From: Ylistrum balloti
Taxonomy: Eukaryota
Length of the DNA: 64,000 nucleotides
Assembly: GCF_031769215.1 (NCBI RefSeq)
Contig: NW_026782165.1
Coordinates: 186,001-250,000 of the forward strand
Direction of reading: 5' to 3'
Part shown: in pieces, positions 26,701-39,721 of the stretch
How positions within the stretch are numbered: position 1 is the stretch's first letter
How the letters are laid out: every line of letters starts with the position of its first letter
Program-made: the position numbers and the translations under genes
Notes under the pieces: model-generated
The model's input: the letters and a program-made list of their open reading frames with translations, nothing else
Told to the model about the DNA's origin: nothing
Databases searched by the model: none

Positions 26701-29700
26701 AGGCTGTGTCGGCGTGGATACTGTGTCGGCGTACAGGCTGTGTCGGCGCTGATACTGTGTTGGCGTACAGGCTGTGTCGGCGCTGATACTGTGTCGGCGT
26801 ACAGACTGTGTCGGCGCTGATACTTTGTCGGCGTTGATACTGTGTCGGCGTTGGTACTGTGTCGGTGTACAGGCTGTGTCGGCGCTGATACAGTGTCGGC
26901 GTTGGTACTGTGTCGGCGTACAGGCTGTGTCGGCGCTGATACTGTGTCGGCGTACAGGTTGCGTCGGCGCTGATACTCTATCGGCGTACAGGCTGTGTCA
27001 GCGCTGATACTGTGTCGGCGTACAGGCTGTGTCGGCGTTGAAGCTACACGCTTATTCTACCGAGAAACCTTTTTCGCCTTTCACCTTTCAATAAGCTCCG
27101 TGCAAAATTATTTTTGCTGGTATTTTGCACTCTTTTCATGGAGTTTGAGTTTGAAGAGAAATTCAGTTGAACTATCGATATATTTCGCTAATTCTCAAGT
27201 TTGAGAATACATGAAATAAATATCGCCGATTTATGATTTAAATGATAAGTAACATCCACGTTCATTTATTTATTTCATTTTACTTTTGAAACAGTTTAAG
27301 GATATTTTTCTAGTCGATTCCAGATATATACATATATGTAGTCCATAAGTGTGCTCCCTGTCAGCACTACCTATATAATGGTTAGTTGCAAGGTCTTTCT
27401 GCTAATATTACCATAGATGACCTCGTGACTAGAACAGCCCTATAATCATGTTACCGCGAGAGTGTTACAACGGGCGGAAAGCTAGCAATATTGGCTCTGG
27501 CTTACTATAGATCTTATTCGCGCCCGGCATAATGAAATTCGACACCTTTTACAACCCAAACGAGTATTCTGTCATTTCTTAAATTCCAAATAATACATTT
27601 CTTCATTTGGAAGAACTAATGAGACTTTCTCTTTTCTCTGAGGAAACCTGTGGATGTTGGTTGTGTTATAAGGTGATTAATTTCGCTGTAGGTCGATCGT
27701 TCCTCACCACGAATCGTCAGACATGACTAACTGGCATTCTGCAAGTGGAAAACAGACGGTCGAAATTGTTATTGATGTCTAAATCTACCGAATATAGTTA
27801 ATACTCGGTATAAATTGTTCATGACGGAAATTACCCAGACTATCAGTGTGTATTGATATATCCTTGTATCACAAGGATACAGACTATCGTATAGACTGAG
27901 AGACTATCATATAACACGGATATATACATATAATAAAATGTGTAACGTATTAAGATATGATATACTATCAATAATTCGAATACATTTTTTCTCCAAAACA
28001 TAATATTACTGAACGCATATGTGATTTTATGTTTTGGAAACAAATTGTGAAAGAGTCGTTTTCAAATCCGTCTGTCATTAAGATATATGTTTTTAGTCAA
28101 TGTTGTAATTATCTTTCTGTAGTTGCCCCCGAGATAGAGCTTCCAAACAAACGGATAGGACAGGAGCCAGGACGCGAGACCATGTTGGAATGCATAATCA
28201 CAGCCTTTCCTCAAGCTCTAAGTGTGTGGAAGAGACACGGAAAGGAAATAAAGGACTCTAACAAACATAGACTAGAAGTCTACAACGAGGGGGACCATCG
28301 AATAACCCTCAGCCTTAGAATCATGGATATTGCAACCTCTGATTATGGCAACTATTCGTGTTACGCCTCCAATAAATTAGGATACGACATGGAAAATATG
28401 TACATGTATGGTAGGTCTGAAATGCCATATAAAATCACATATGACATTTGTATAAATGTGCTACAGAGCATAATAAGTCACCTGTGACATTTGGATATGT
28501 ATGGCTGATCGGATTCACCATAAACGATCCCATAAATTATCAATTTGTGTTAATGTAAAATAAAATGTATTTCATAGGAACTTTTATTTTGACGGAGTGT
28601 TAACATTTGGGTGTGTACCATTTATCACGTTGAAAATTTTCAGGACACATTTAAAAAGAAAACTTTTACTTACATGCTTTATTACTAAACAATACTTATC
28701 AGAGTAATCAAGTTTAATTTGTATGATCAATCAAACAAGTCTTTTCTACATCAGCTTAAAACTAGAAACTAACTAAAAAATCATGTTTTCTTATAACGAA
28801 ATCAACATGGAGAGCTTTTCTTGATACCATTATCCCTGCATCTCCTGTATGTCACAATTGATTCGATATTCAAGGGCCTGTTCCCATTATCACGATCTTC
28901 GTGCAAACAGTCGTCAACTGACTGACAAACGCATAATACAAGGTTTAAAGACGCAGGTTGATTCTAATTATGGGGAAGTTCTATGGTCACCATAGTGATC
29001 GCATTAAGAAATATCCTTTTTCTTATTGCGACATGAAGCTGGACTTATTTGATGCTGGTTATTCTACCGGTTGGTTCCGTCGTTGTACACCTTGTTCTCA
29101 TTTGTGAACATGACATCATTACTTGGATTGACCAAGGTTTACATGCCGGGCATTGTTGATGAAGCAGAAGATGCCTACTTTTGCTTAACACCTGGTCTTA
29201 TTCTCCTTTGAGTTTAGTTTAGGACATTATTTCTGATGATACATATTAGATTGAAGGTAGTAATTTGAATAAAAAAAGCAACTATGCTTTGAACAAGCCT
29301 GTTCGACTAACTTCCTAATCTTATCAAGTTAGCTGCTAAAGCGTCACTTCTTTATCTTAATAAATACTAATCTACTGTATGTAGTAAAAGTACATAGTAA
29401 AGATAATGGTACCGTACATGTCTTATATAAACAGTTGTGGACAGCATGAACATAAAACCAAATTTACTTCATCTAAATGATTATTAAAGATATAGATAAA
29501 ATATTCTAAGAATATTTCGTTTCTCAAACGTATAAACAAGTACAATCGGTTTTCATTGTATATTGCGCTAAGTTGATCAATTTCGTTATATACTCTGAAA
29601 CAACTGCTGATCTATCTTCCAAATTCATTGTTCATTGATGTTTGAACCATGAAATTTGTAATGATCAAAGGAGGAGGCTCTGTAGTTGACACCTTTGTTG

Positions 29701-31794
29701 CTAATACAGATCAACTTGTCCGAAATCTGCTGCAGAAACATGCACACCTATGCACATAATCAATGTTAACGATAAGTGAAAAAACGATGGCGTCCAATTG
29801 GCCGTCGTCGGTTTAGGTGTTGTGGTCTCTGATCTTCAAAGCATAATCCGCGGATGCATTGCGGAAATCCGTATGTGGATTGGTTCCCGTTTTGTATTTG
29901 AAAAAGGTGATAGAAGATCGAGAATAGGTTTCGGGTAATCAAAGATTGTATAAAAGACTCACAAGTGAATAGCACCTTTTCAAAATCTAGAGTAAGATAC
30001 AGTATATCCAAACAATGAAATAAACTATATCACACAGCTTTTCCGTCCTTATAAGACTCGTCAGTGATGCAAAGGGCCTAAAGTTTAAAGCCTTAGAAGC
30101 GACTAAGGAAAATCCCTTATGATCGAAAGAAAAGTAAAAATACAGCGGCCTCATGATAAAATATATTTCGTAATTTTAATATATCAAATAATTATAGAAC
30201 AGCATCAAAAACACGTGTACATTCGGAACCGTGCCACTTTTCGAATGAATTAAAATGTTGCAATCCTCGGGGACTTAAAATCCATCAGCGATGCTATCAT
30301 CACACTAAGTAGCCATATAAATTCATTATATAACATTGAAACTTTATAGCATCAAGGCAACTATATTTTATATAAAGGATAGATTCGAGCAATAGTTAAT
30401 GGTCTTTATCACATCTGTTATCAGCCTACGGAAGAAAAGCCCATTGGATGTAAAGCGAATTTATAAAAAAAGAAAAAAAATCCCAGACTTTTCGCATTGT
30501 TACACGGTTTGTTATTTGAACAGGTCTGAGGATAAAACAATTTCATCTTTTCTCTTAATATTCCAGATCACAAAAAAAGTCTAAGGACAACTACACGTTA
30601 TCCTATTACAACACCAAGAAGGGTCACGACAGGGGGATCCTACAACTTTGACACCGGCCACAACAACAACAACAATGGCGGCACTGTTATAGAAACAAAG
30701 GGACCTAACCCATCCCGAGCAGCTGGTAATGATAAAGACACTATACTTGCCGACAGCCCATGGAGTAGTGGAATAACATGTAAAGGCAGTCTAATAGTTA
30801 TTTGTACGTGAAACAACCAACGTTAAATAACTTAACAGATATGCATTGATAAAGCATGGCCGTTTGCATTACTTTGGGTGAAGGTTTAAAGATTAAATCT
30901 AAAGTAACAACTTCTCATTTACCTGTCTATCTAAAGGTCATGGTGAACATACCATGGTCTGTATCGGCATTTCGTGACATTAAGCAGCATGATTCATCTT
31001 CAACTTCAACTTCGATATTTGCTAATAGATAGTATTGTTTGTGTATACTGAACATATATTCATTACCTGTTTGATGATATGGATTGATGTTATGTTGAAA
31101 ACAAAGTATGGTCGTTGGTTTTGGTTATCGGGTGGCGGTAAACACAGTCGTCTAAAGCAAAGGCGACCAGAATTTCACTTATAGATTGCATGTTACATGT
31201 AAGTCTTCTCTTACCTCCAATATTGAAGAGCTGCCCAATCATGCTTATTAAACTGAAATGACAAGCAATATAACAAAATATTTCCTGTTATTTATGATGC
31301 ACGATTTCTGTTTACATAAGTGTTCAACTGTTGCGACTATTTCATAACATTACGTTAAAAGTTTGACAACAAAAGTACGTATTTAGCAGTGTTTTACGAT
31401 AGTGGACTCTTCATCTGACAAATATTGATATAATATTGGTCAATTGACAATCAAAATGTGTTTAAATTTAACCGATGAAGTTTGCGATCAATCAAAACAC
31501 GCTGTATATTTTTGTCTAGAAAATAAATTATATGGCTTTTACCATTAAACGAAATCTCACTAACGATTCGGTTTATAAACAGTTGCATTTAAGATTGATG
31601 TGTTCATGAAAGCCGACTGCATTGTTACATTTTCCGTTTTCCATGTAATCTGTTGTTTTATTCTGGTTTCAGGCGAAGGACCGGTGCAAGGTAGATCGAT
31701 GGGAAATCGCGCTATAAGGTCAATCGACTATGCCTCCTTACCTGTGGTCCTGTGCTGTGCTATAATATTGAACAGAATTGTGAGAACGTCTTAG
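8624..31794 (+). CDS. Lachesin/IgLON/DIP-like cell-adhesion protein with 3 Ig domains and a putative GPI signal; 5'-incomplete; join(8624-8733,11471-11675,14602-14754,25733-25861,28123-28410,30567-30725,31673-31794)
   Basis: All seven exons have AG/GT boundaries with compatible phases (1,0,1,1,1,1,1) and total 1166 nt with no internal stop. Ig signatures: LPCSV..VVW..DRGRYTC; LVCNVTGVPPPTVHW..DGIYECMAFN; LECIITAFP..W..DYGNYSCYASN. These are followed by a Thr-rich stalk and a hydrophobic C-terminal stretch. Confidence 0.9.
11471..11675 (+). CDS. Ig gene exon: Ig1 C-half (VVWTDQWSTLLT...DRGRYTCQINTDPIKTKNVVLYVL)
   Basis: tttgtag acceptor; G|gtaagt donor; Trp and D-x-G-x-Y-x-C motif. Confidence 0.93.
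11726..11775 (+). repeat. Poly(C) of about 36 nt (one T) abutting A13
   Basis: Read directly. Confidence 0.9.
13194..13740 (+). mobile_element. Non-autonomous TTAA-type DNA transposon (Kolobok-like), about 550 bp
   Basis: Imperfect TIRs AGGGACTAAATGGTTAGATTTT and revcomp AGGGACTGAGTGTTTATTTTT; TTAA on the right flank, left flank degenerate (TACA); internal GCGCATGCGC motif and a truncated basic ORF MADSKSKRRGPKSHLTESTRKEK. Confidence 0.5.
14602..14754 (+). CDS. Ig gene exon: Ig2 N-half (APRIVDEASTREVVAREGDTVTLVCNVTGVPPPTVHWYRRPLGQSLGVKE)
   Basis: gcttttag acceptor; C|gtgagt donor. Confidence 0.93.
20219..20272 (+). CDS. Candidate 54-nt cassette exon in Ig2 (RLEGRGRSSIGPCTYNRSG)
   Basis: tgtattttgctttgtcag acceptor; CAG|gtattg donor; symmetric phase 1/1; open in the frame of the flanking exons. 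Confidence 0.5.
25733..25861 (+). CDS. Ig gene exon: Ig2 C-half (VGMNGEILIIYNVSRYCDGIYECMAFNDVSPAVNREIPVEVE)
   Basis: ctttctattacag acceptor; T|gtcagt donor; not in the ORF track, found by reading. Confidence 0.9.
26151..27037 (+). repeat. GC/CpG-rich 17-bp minisatellite, about 52 units, with two variants (GTACAGGCTGTGTCGGC and GCTGATACTGTGTCGGC)
   Basis: Read directly; the near-identical ORFs at 26451 and 26774 are 323 nt (19 x 17) apart. Confidence 0.95.
28123..28410 (+). CDS. Ig gene exon: Ig3 (APEIELPNKRIGQEPGRETMLECIITAFP...DYGNYSCYASNKLGYDMENMYMY)
   Basis: atctttctgtag acceptor; G|gtaggt donor; complete I-set motif. Confidence 0.93.
28830..29250 (+). mobile_element. Penelope-like retroelement relic: RT C-terminus plus 3' UTR, frameshifted
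   Basis: Broken translation IPASP..SQLIRYSRACSHYHDLRANSRQLTDKRIIQG..RLILIMGKFYGHHSDRIKKY matches the recalled PLE RT C-terminal pattern (IP.SPAYGVYISQLIRY.RAC..KFYGRH). It is followed by an AAGCAGAAGATGCCTAC..AACACCTGG motif, and is homologous to 61770-62170. Confidence 0.7.
30029..30141 (-). ncRNA. Repeat copy A with a degenerate minimal type I hammerhead ribozyme (core 30029-30070)
   Basis: Minus strand reads GCATCA CTGACGA GTC ttataag GAC GGAA A AGCT GTG TGAT; the ~70 nt 5' of the core align with copies B and C. Confidence 0.7.
30567..30725 (+). CDS. Ig gene exon: Thr-rich stalk (HKKSLRTTTRYPITTPRRVTTGGSYNFDTGHNNNNNGGTVIETKGPNPSRAA)
   Basis: tctcttaatattccag acceptor; G|gtaatg donor; phase 1/1; an alternative donor at 30780 is possible. 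Confidence 0.75.
31673..31794 (+). CDS. Ig gene terminal exon with GPI-signal-like tail (EGPVQGRSMGNRAIRSIDYASLPVVLCCAIILNRIVRTS*)
   Basis: ttctggtttcag acceptor; small residues (S/G/N), a spacer, then a hydrophobic stretch; TAG at 31792-31794. Confidence 0.75.
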
Positions 31795-34700
31795 CAGAAT
31801 GATATAAAAATAAAAATAATAAAACCCCATACTTGTACCAGAGGACACTCACCACTTGCAATTAACCTATGGTAACATGTACCGTGGAAACTGATCAAGA
31901 TGTGATTTCTTCAACAGAGGGCGCTTTAGATACTGACTGGCTTAAAGAAGCAGACGGTAGTTCTACAAATATAGTGTATGTTCATATATCAGGCTGTCTC
32001 TGTAATAGGAAAAAACAGTCATATACGTAAAACAGCTACATCTTCCAAAATGAACAAAATGTGATAATGGTTGGGATCTGCACCTGCCGAAAGGTCACGG
32101 AAGATGGATATAATGTTAGAAAATGGATATCATTGCCAGAGGATAAATTAATCATTTACTTCCGGTTCATGGATATTTGGTAAAATTAATGCCTTCACGT
32201 TCTGTTTTGTTTTTCATTGTAACGCCAAAAATATTTATACCTTAATGTATTAAGCATTAGTATTGGCATATACAAATATATGAAAAAGAGTCAGCATATT
32301 TGACTTTACCACTGGGTTTCTGCTATTCGTATGTTCACTGGCATGTAGCGATTCAAAAGATTCAACAAGCTGAAGGATTTAGATCAAGCGATTTCGCTTT
32401 TAAAATCAGAAGTTGTTCTACTCTACGCGTAATGACGACATATTACGCGCTTTAAATAACGACGAACACAAATTGACGTTGTTAGATCAGCCAGAAACGG
32501 GTTAACTTCATGTAGATGTAGTGTTTCATGATATGATGTATGTGTCCAATATTGACAGGAATCTGATCGAGATAAAACAAATGACGGAAACTGATATCAA
32601 AAGTAAAGTTTAAATTTGATTTGAAAATGATTGTTATGCAATTAATTTCCGATTTTATATTTCACTCAAAGATCATTATATACATTTAAAATCTGTATAG
32701 TTTATGTTCAGATCCATTTCTTTAGTATTCATTCCTTTGAATCGTCCGTCCTCTCTGCAACACTTGGTGGAAAAATGAGATAGATTAGTAGTATGACGTC
32801 AAAAGCTTCAAATCTAGAAAACCGAAGCATAATTCAATTCATATTTTTCAAATTCGGTAACAACGTCATAAACATGTTTCGATTAGTTTGTTGGCGTCAA
32901 CTGAAACGAAATGACGCCAAGAAAAGGTTAAAAACGGCAAAATACTAATTAGCTGTCATTGGATAAATTCATGAACAGGTGATATTGTATAGGCTTAGAT
33001 TTAGAAGAGTGGTTGATCTTCGGAAAGAAATACTCTTTTAATCGATGGAGTTATTAATGATATAGAATAAAGTGTATATGTATCTGATGGCCTGCGCGAC
33101 ATGCAATGTGAAAATATGTATGCTTATATTTGATAGTGATAAAACAAGGAATCATATTTTCTAGAAGACTGTCATGTCGATTAAATTATGAACGAGGTAG
33201 TAATTAAAAGCGCTAATGTCGACCACATTGATGTATTAAAATATATTATAGAGTCAATATTGGGTTTTAGTCATGTGAAATAACAATGTGATCATGTATA
33301 ATTAAGTATGACAGTGTAACGCGATAACAGTCTGTATGAATAACAGCACTATATACATACATTTATGTAGGTATGCGTTTTGATGACAAAATAAACAGTA
33401 TCATTCTTACTTTGAAAATTGGAAAAAAATCATGAATGTTATAGCTATTCCATGTGTTGTATGCATGCTTGAGTGTAGCGAAGTGTGGTAGATCGTGTGA
33501 ATGTTACTTATATCATCAGTGTAGACAGTAATGTCCAACCGCTTCCAGTGTATCGAAAGTAGATATCTGTAATCATTCTGTAACATAACCATCAACTCGA
33601 TATTTTATAGTGTGTTTTATTAGGTATGATTATAGCTTGTATTTGAGTTATTTTTGTTTTACATCCATGTCACGCACTGAAAATTTCTCGGCTTATTGCT
33701 TCCAAATAAAACATGTTAAATGAATGTACTGAGAAGTGTTTTATCATATACATTTAAGTGATCACCTGATAATCAGTATTTAAGACATTTGCATATATGT
33801 ATGTAAACATTTGAACATATTTATCGCAGAAAAAAAAAAGTTTACCAGAGACGCTTGTAAACTACGAGAATTATTCTGCGCCATTTAATTATGTACATAA
33901 TTATTAATCATATTCATTAACAGTGTACATTTGCTCATTGCACCTTCATCACTTTGCATGTGTTATATGGGTGTGTTTGTTGTAACACACTGGCGAACGT
34001 TTTAAGTGTTGAATGTGAAGAATAACTGAGTGCAAGAAGTGAGTCAGTGTGACATTATATCCGTTCATTTATAATTATTAATGCCGATGTGGTCAAACGG
34101 AGACTGATGTGGTACATTAATATAATTGATAACGATACTGATAGTTGTTAAAATGAACATGAATTGTTTAATGTGCAATTGTTAAAACCAAAATTGTAGT
34201 TTTGTCAAGAGATAGTATTATGTTTTATGTGAACGTATTAAAAATGAGTCATATACCTGGAAAAAGTTGATAACGTAAAAGTATTGTCTTTCAAAGGAAT
34301 AATAGCAATGTTCTCCAGATAATAGGTATCACAAATAGGCATACCCTATGTAAAATTATGTGAATGCAAAACAGACATATAACATTGATCATGCTAAAGG
34401 TTTATGTGAAAACAAGGTATTGTGTTAGGAACTTAAGGAACGAATAAATCTGGTGAATTTAAGCTAAAACGTTAGGCCAAGAAAACTAAAACATTCATTT
34501 ACTGAAATTATCTCTACTAGTTTAAAATGTGCTGTATTATGCCTGTACATCCATCAACTATCGCAAAATTATGCTTATCAGGTGACCTAAAACGAAGCCA
34601 GAAAAAATATATTTGCATAATTGTGCATTATGATACCAATATTCAATAGCGAATAAAGGCAATTGGTAGCGGCATCATTCATAGCCGGAGTATGATAATT

Positions 34701-37700
34701 GAAAACTGTTGTTTGCTGTCGTATTTTTGTTCAAATCTAATAGTAATAATCAAAGTGATTGAGGGTATTGCTCGTGACGTCATTCATAAGTACACTTCAT
34801 GGCGAAATTTATTTCCATGAAAATAATCAAATCAAACGTCTCTCTAATTGTGTAATCTAATGTTCTATTATACTGTTTCCATTTCATGGCCCGAATATGA
34901 AGCATGATCATGTTACAAATGAAACGTGACTTACATCGATATCAAAGTCTAAAGTATATGAAAGTATTTATGCCAGAGTATCAAATATTCTTCAGTAAAA
35001 CATACAATTTATTTCTTTTTCCCCCTCAAAACCAATAACTGTTATTTTTCATCTAAATCAACATCAATATGTTTACATTCAAGATTCACAAAAACGTGAT
35101 ATTTTAGGTTAACGTAAAAGAGTACTTTGCTATACTGTATACGAGATTATTATGCTTCATTTCAAAAGCCTATATCGTAATTATGGGTTCTCTATATTTT
35201 GTTTCTTAAGATTAGCGAACACCAAAGAATCACTGTAGATTATTATATGACGTAAAGCATGACGTCATACACAGTAAGTACACTGTATTTTGTGGTCAAT
35301 CATTTGCTGTGTTGAGTGAAGATTATATATGTACATGTACATTCCTTTGCATGTAGCATTGACTGAGACATCTTTACTATTTCATAATAAAAATAACAAT
35401 TAGTTGATTTCATTGTATCGTTGGAGTATTTTTTCTAAGCCGGGACAGTTGCATAAGGATGGTTATTATTTGATCATCATTTTTTGGTGTGAATTGCCAA
35501 TGAAATGTGGAAGGATTATTCAACCTATTACGGTTCAAGACACTAATTGTACGTTTTATGTGTAAAATCACACTTTTAACATTTTAAAGCAAAGGACAGC
35601 AAATTCAAAATACTCATATTTATGACAGATAAGCGACGGGCAGTTCCTAGTTTCATCGATCTAGGAAATCTGGTTTGATGCAATATAACAACACAAATTT
35701 ATAGCAATACCTTTGTGTGCAATAAAAGAACATCTTTAAAAAAAAAAAAAAAAACTATAATCAAGACACATTTCGGGGCTTGGACATTGATATTTGATCG
35801 AGATACCGATTTTCAAAAGGCACATCAATAATTATAATTATTTGTCCAAGGGGAGATAACCCCTATACACTGTCTATAACTCAGGAGATTATGTAAATAT
35901 ATGCTCATACAAGTTAGAACTATTATTTCATGATAATATGGAGTCTGTTTTCCCGCAAAACCAAACGCAACATCCAGCGCGTTCAAAATATCCCAGCTGA
36001 TCTACAGCAATTCAACACAGGATATAGATCACTTTACCAGAATACTGATTTTGTTTTTCCGAAATCTGATTCTGCTAAATCAAATGACCGGTGTCACCGC
36101 TGAAGCAGAAGACACTTGAATTGTCGCGACATCTAATCTTATTCTCATTTTATTTGTTTGGGAGTTTTCGTGTTAATATCTATTTATAGATAATATTAAT
36201 ATCTGTTTTTATTCTTCCCTTATTTATTTTGAAATTACAAACTTAGCTGTATAATACGTTTTACACAACAACTTTACTTACAGTACATGGTAAGTCATTG
36301 ACAAAAAGAACACTTTTTGATACCTATGTCCACAAATTTATCATATTTTGTGCGACACAATAATTATTGTACTTGTTGCTAAACTTGCATTTTTAAGCCT
36401 AATTACAGAATTACAAATACAATATCAATACAGTATAGAAATACCATCGGATACAACAAACGTGCTTTTTATATTAAATAACATACGTAGTAGAAAATTA
36501 ACAGGAGGTACAGTTGTTCATGATAAAAAATTAGGATATCAAAAATAGTATATATATTAAATAACATACTAATGTAGGATATCAAAAATAGTGTAGGAAT
36601 TTTTATCGAAAAAAATACATCCATGATAAACAGTGTATACTGTGTATTAAGACCGCAGGTTGACTGGTATGTGAACAAATAAGAAAACGACAATATTAAT
36701 TGATATATGTTAAGTATTTTATATGTTAACGACATTGATACATATTAATAAGTTGATACTAAAAATAAAATACATTTGAAGATTGAACAACATTATCTAT
36801 GACGTTAGAATGGACAAGTTCACAATTACATATCTAAACATGAATAATGGCCTATAAGGAGATGAATTAAGAAACAGACAAAAATGAAGACAGGCGAACT
36901 CATATTTCAATATTGTTATACCGCTTGTGATAGGTACATAATATCTGTATTTGCATTTCTCGGTTTTGCTTCAACACTGAGTATCGTGTTGTTCAGTGAA
37001 CACATCTAATAGTTTTCATCTGACTTTGTGTTGTTTCTTGCAGCATTTACAAATGCAAATTATGACATTATGAATAAATATTGAACTTCGTTTTCTTTCC
37101 GTACGAGGTATTTAACAATTATTTCTTATTTGTCATTAAGCCAAATTATTTCAATATTGGTAGTCATGATTAATATCATAAAACCTGACTATGAATATTC
37201 ACATCAAAAATGATAAGAGGAAAAAAGAGAATTAATGTTATGTCTCTAAATACAGCGATTTCATACCACAGGTAGATAATTATTTTTCAAGGTCTTTATG
37301 ATCAGGGAACCATTCAAATAATCTTATAGAGTATTACTGACTGTTCATACAATAATTGATAAAGCATATTATCCCCAAATTATTACACTCTACAACACTA
37401 ATTAACAAAGCCAAATGTACGATATATTTAAACTGCTATTAGCTATTTAAGATAAACATTGCATTTTTGAAAATGATATATTTATTCAATAACGGAATGG
37501 TTTCTTCATATATATGTTATATCAAATTTGTGACCAAAAAGAAAGAGATTCGTGAATTTTCTTCCAAACCAATTTGTTTGAAAATTTTGCTTTATTTGTA
37601 TAATGTACATGAAATAAAATATTTTTCTCGAGTCGCTGCCATCAAGTTCAAGAAAATGTGTTGTTTTGTTCACAAATAAAAATCGAACCATTAACGATAC

Positions 37701-38089
37701 AATTTAATGTAAAGGTAATGAGTATCGACAAACATTAGAACATTCACTGGCATACTATGTTGGTAGAACAAATGGTAGAATGTTATCAGGAAGCTGTATA
37801 AAGTATGAGTATGAAGGAAAGCAGATCAAATAGACACAAGCTACTATGTAAGCATAATATATGGTAAAGTTCAGAACGTATATGTTCCCTTTAAGATACA
37901 TGTAAAATATACTGAGCACATACATGGCACAAACTTAAATTGGAGATTACACAAGTTATTGGCACTACATCTTTGTCGAAGCTGCTGTCGTAAATATACC
38001 ATTTGCTACTCCATCTGAAACGACAAAAATATTTCTATTTAAAATCCGTCTGTTTGTTTGTCTGATTTTTGTTTTTGTTTTGTATTTTG

Positions 38090-38124
<35 letters not shown>

Positions 38125-38147
38125 TTTTTTTTTTTTTTTTTGTTTTT
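38090..38147 (+). repeat. Poly(T) tract
   Basis: Read directly. Confidence 0.9.
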
Positions 38148-38649
38148 GTCTCCAGAATATCAGTTTTTTTTACAAAGAAATGCGGTCGATGTATGGATAA
38201 ATTCTGCATTGTTACAGTATTTAGATATACTACAACAGGTGTACAAAGTTTGTTATGATGGTGTACTTTAACTTAGATCTTGATATTATATGGGAAAATA
38301 TTCCTCATTTTCTTCTCATTTTTACATTTTATGAATTACGAACGAACAGAAAACTCCTATAAATCACACTGAATATCTGATATCACGTAAAAGCTCAATC
38401 GACGATAGGTACATTGTACTGCACGGGAAATAACTCGTATGGGTAATATGACCTGGAACATACTATCATTCTACCACATTTACTAATCAAATACTCTATC
38501 TAGCTTAGATGACGTTAATTAGCAGTAACCTCATAGGACAAGTCTATTGCTCGAAAATTCGCATGTACATGAATGTGATCATTAAATTCTGGTTATTTTT
38601 GTTTAACAATTGAGCAAGTGAAAAAATAAACAAATAACGATGTATACAA

Positions 38650-38650
<1 letters not shown>

Positions 38651-38680
<30 letters not shown>

Positions 38681-38716
38681 TGTATGTATTTGTGTGCGTG
38701 AGTGTGTGTGTGTGTG
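38651..38716 (+). repeat. (TATG)n followed by (TG)n microsatellite
   Basis: Read directly. Confidence 0.9.
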
Positions 38717-39504
38717 TTACATGCATAAAGCTTCACTTTAACGTTGGTTGTCCATAGGTTACTATTCATAAAAGTTATTGATTTGATAAGCCACCATTGT
38801 GTCAGCAAGGCTAGTAAACAGCACACAACTGTATCGCTTGACCACAGATAAAACCAACACTAACACTTAAGTGTCCCAGTATATAAATGAGGTCATCACA
38901 AGGTCATCATTGCCCACTCCGGATACACACACACTTGTTCACACTAAGATACCTGTAAATAGCTTTAACATTACAAATCAACAAGCTGATCGAACATACA
39001 AATATAATTCCACTATATCTCATCATATTCCAATCTCAGGCTAGCTATAGGTGTACAGCACAAATGGTCACTCACGTCATTGTATGTTGTATGGCGTTTC
39101 CTTTAATTCTGAAAGTTCATACATACTCTATCTCGATAATGTTTACAGTATTTAAATTGAGTTTGAAGATTTAGTGGTTTGACAAAAGAGACTTCTTAAG
39201 AGGAATTTCTTATCGTAAAATTATTATATTAAATTCTGATGCTTATATCCAAATGAACTTTACTAAGTAGCCTTTGTGAAATTTTATATCAAAATGGTGT
39301 CGAATATTTTGGGACATTTAGATAATGTCGGTAGAATAGACGTTCTTATAACACAACCAGTAGAAGGTTACAGTGTGACGTTTCGATGACTACACGGTCA
39401 CCTTCATCAAGCAAAAGACTTTGTTTGGATAAGAATGAATAAAATCAAAACTGAATGACAGATTATTAACCAAATTGCATCTTGTAACAAAAAAAGGAAC
39501 GTTG

Positions 39505-39721
39505 TTATAACGAACCTTTTTGGTATCCATGGTTGATGAATCCATCCACGTGTTTCTCGCTAACAGCCCTATCAAGGTCGCTTATGACTTCGTCTTCCTT
39601 TAGATTTTCATCTTCTGAAGGCCAGTGGTTTTCTATTGTGATGACATACACAAGCCATCCTAAGAGCGACCCCACCATCGGGCCCACAATTGGCACCCAG
39701 AACCAGTTATAGTCCCGATAG
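39505..39721 (-). CDS. Aquaglyceroporin exon 6 ([21 protein letters not shown]...GYQKGSL*)
   Basis: gttttag acceptor; TAA at 39507-39505. Confidence 0.93.

Noticed and set aside
26451-27204. Repeated Cys/Arg-rich ORFs
   Set aside because: Translation artefacts of the 17-bp minisatellite; the unit is not a multiple of 3, and the array is not a CRISPR because it has no unique spacers
27685-27730. Minus-strand CTGACGA TTC..GAG GAA CGATCG hammerhead-like motif
   Set aside because: The GAAA box and cleavage triplet are broken, stem I does not pair, and there is no similarity to the leader of copies A-C
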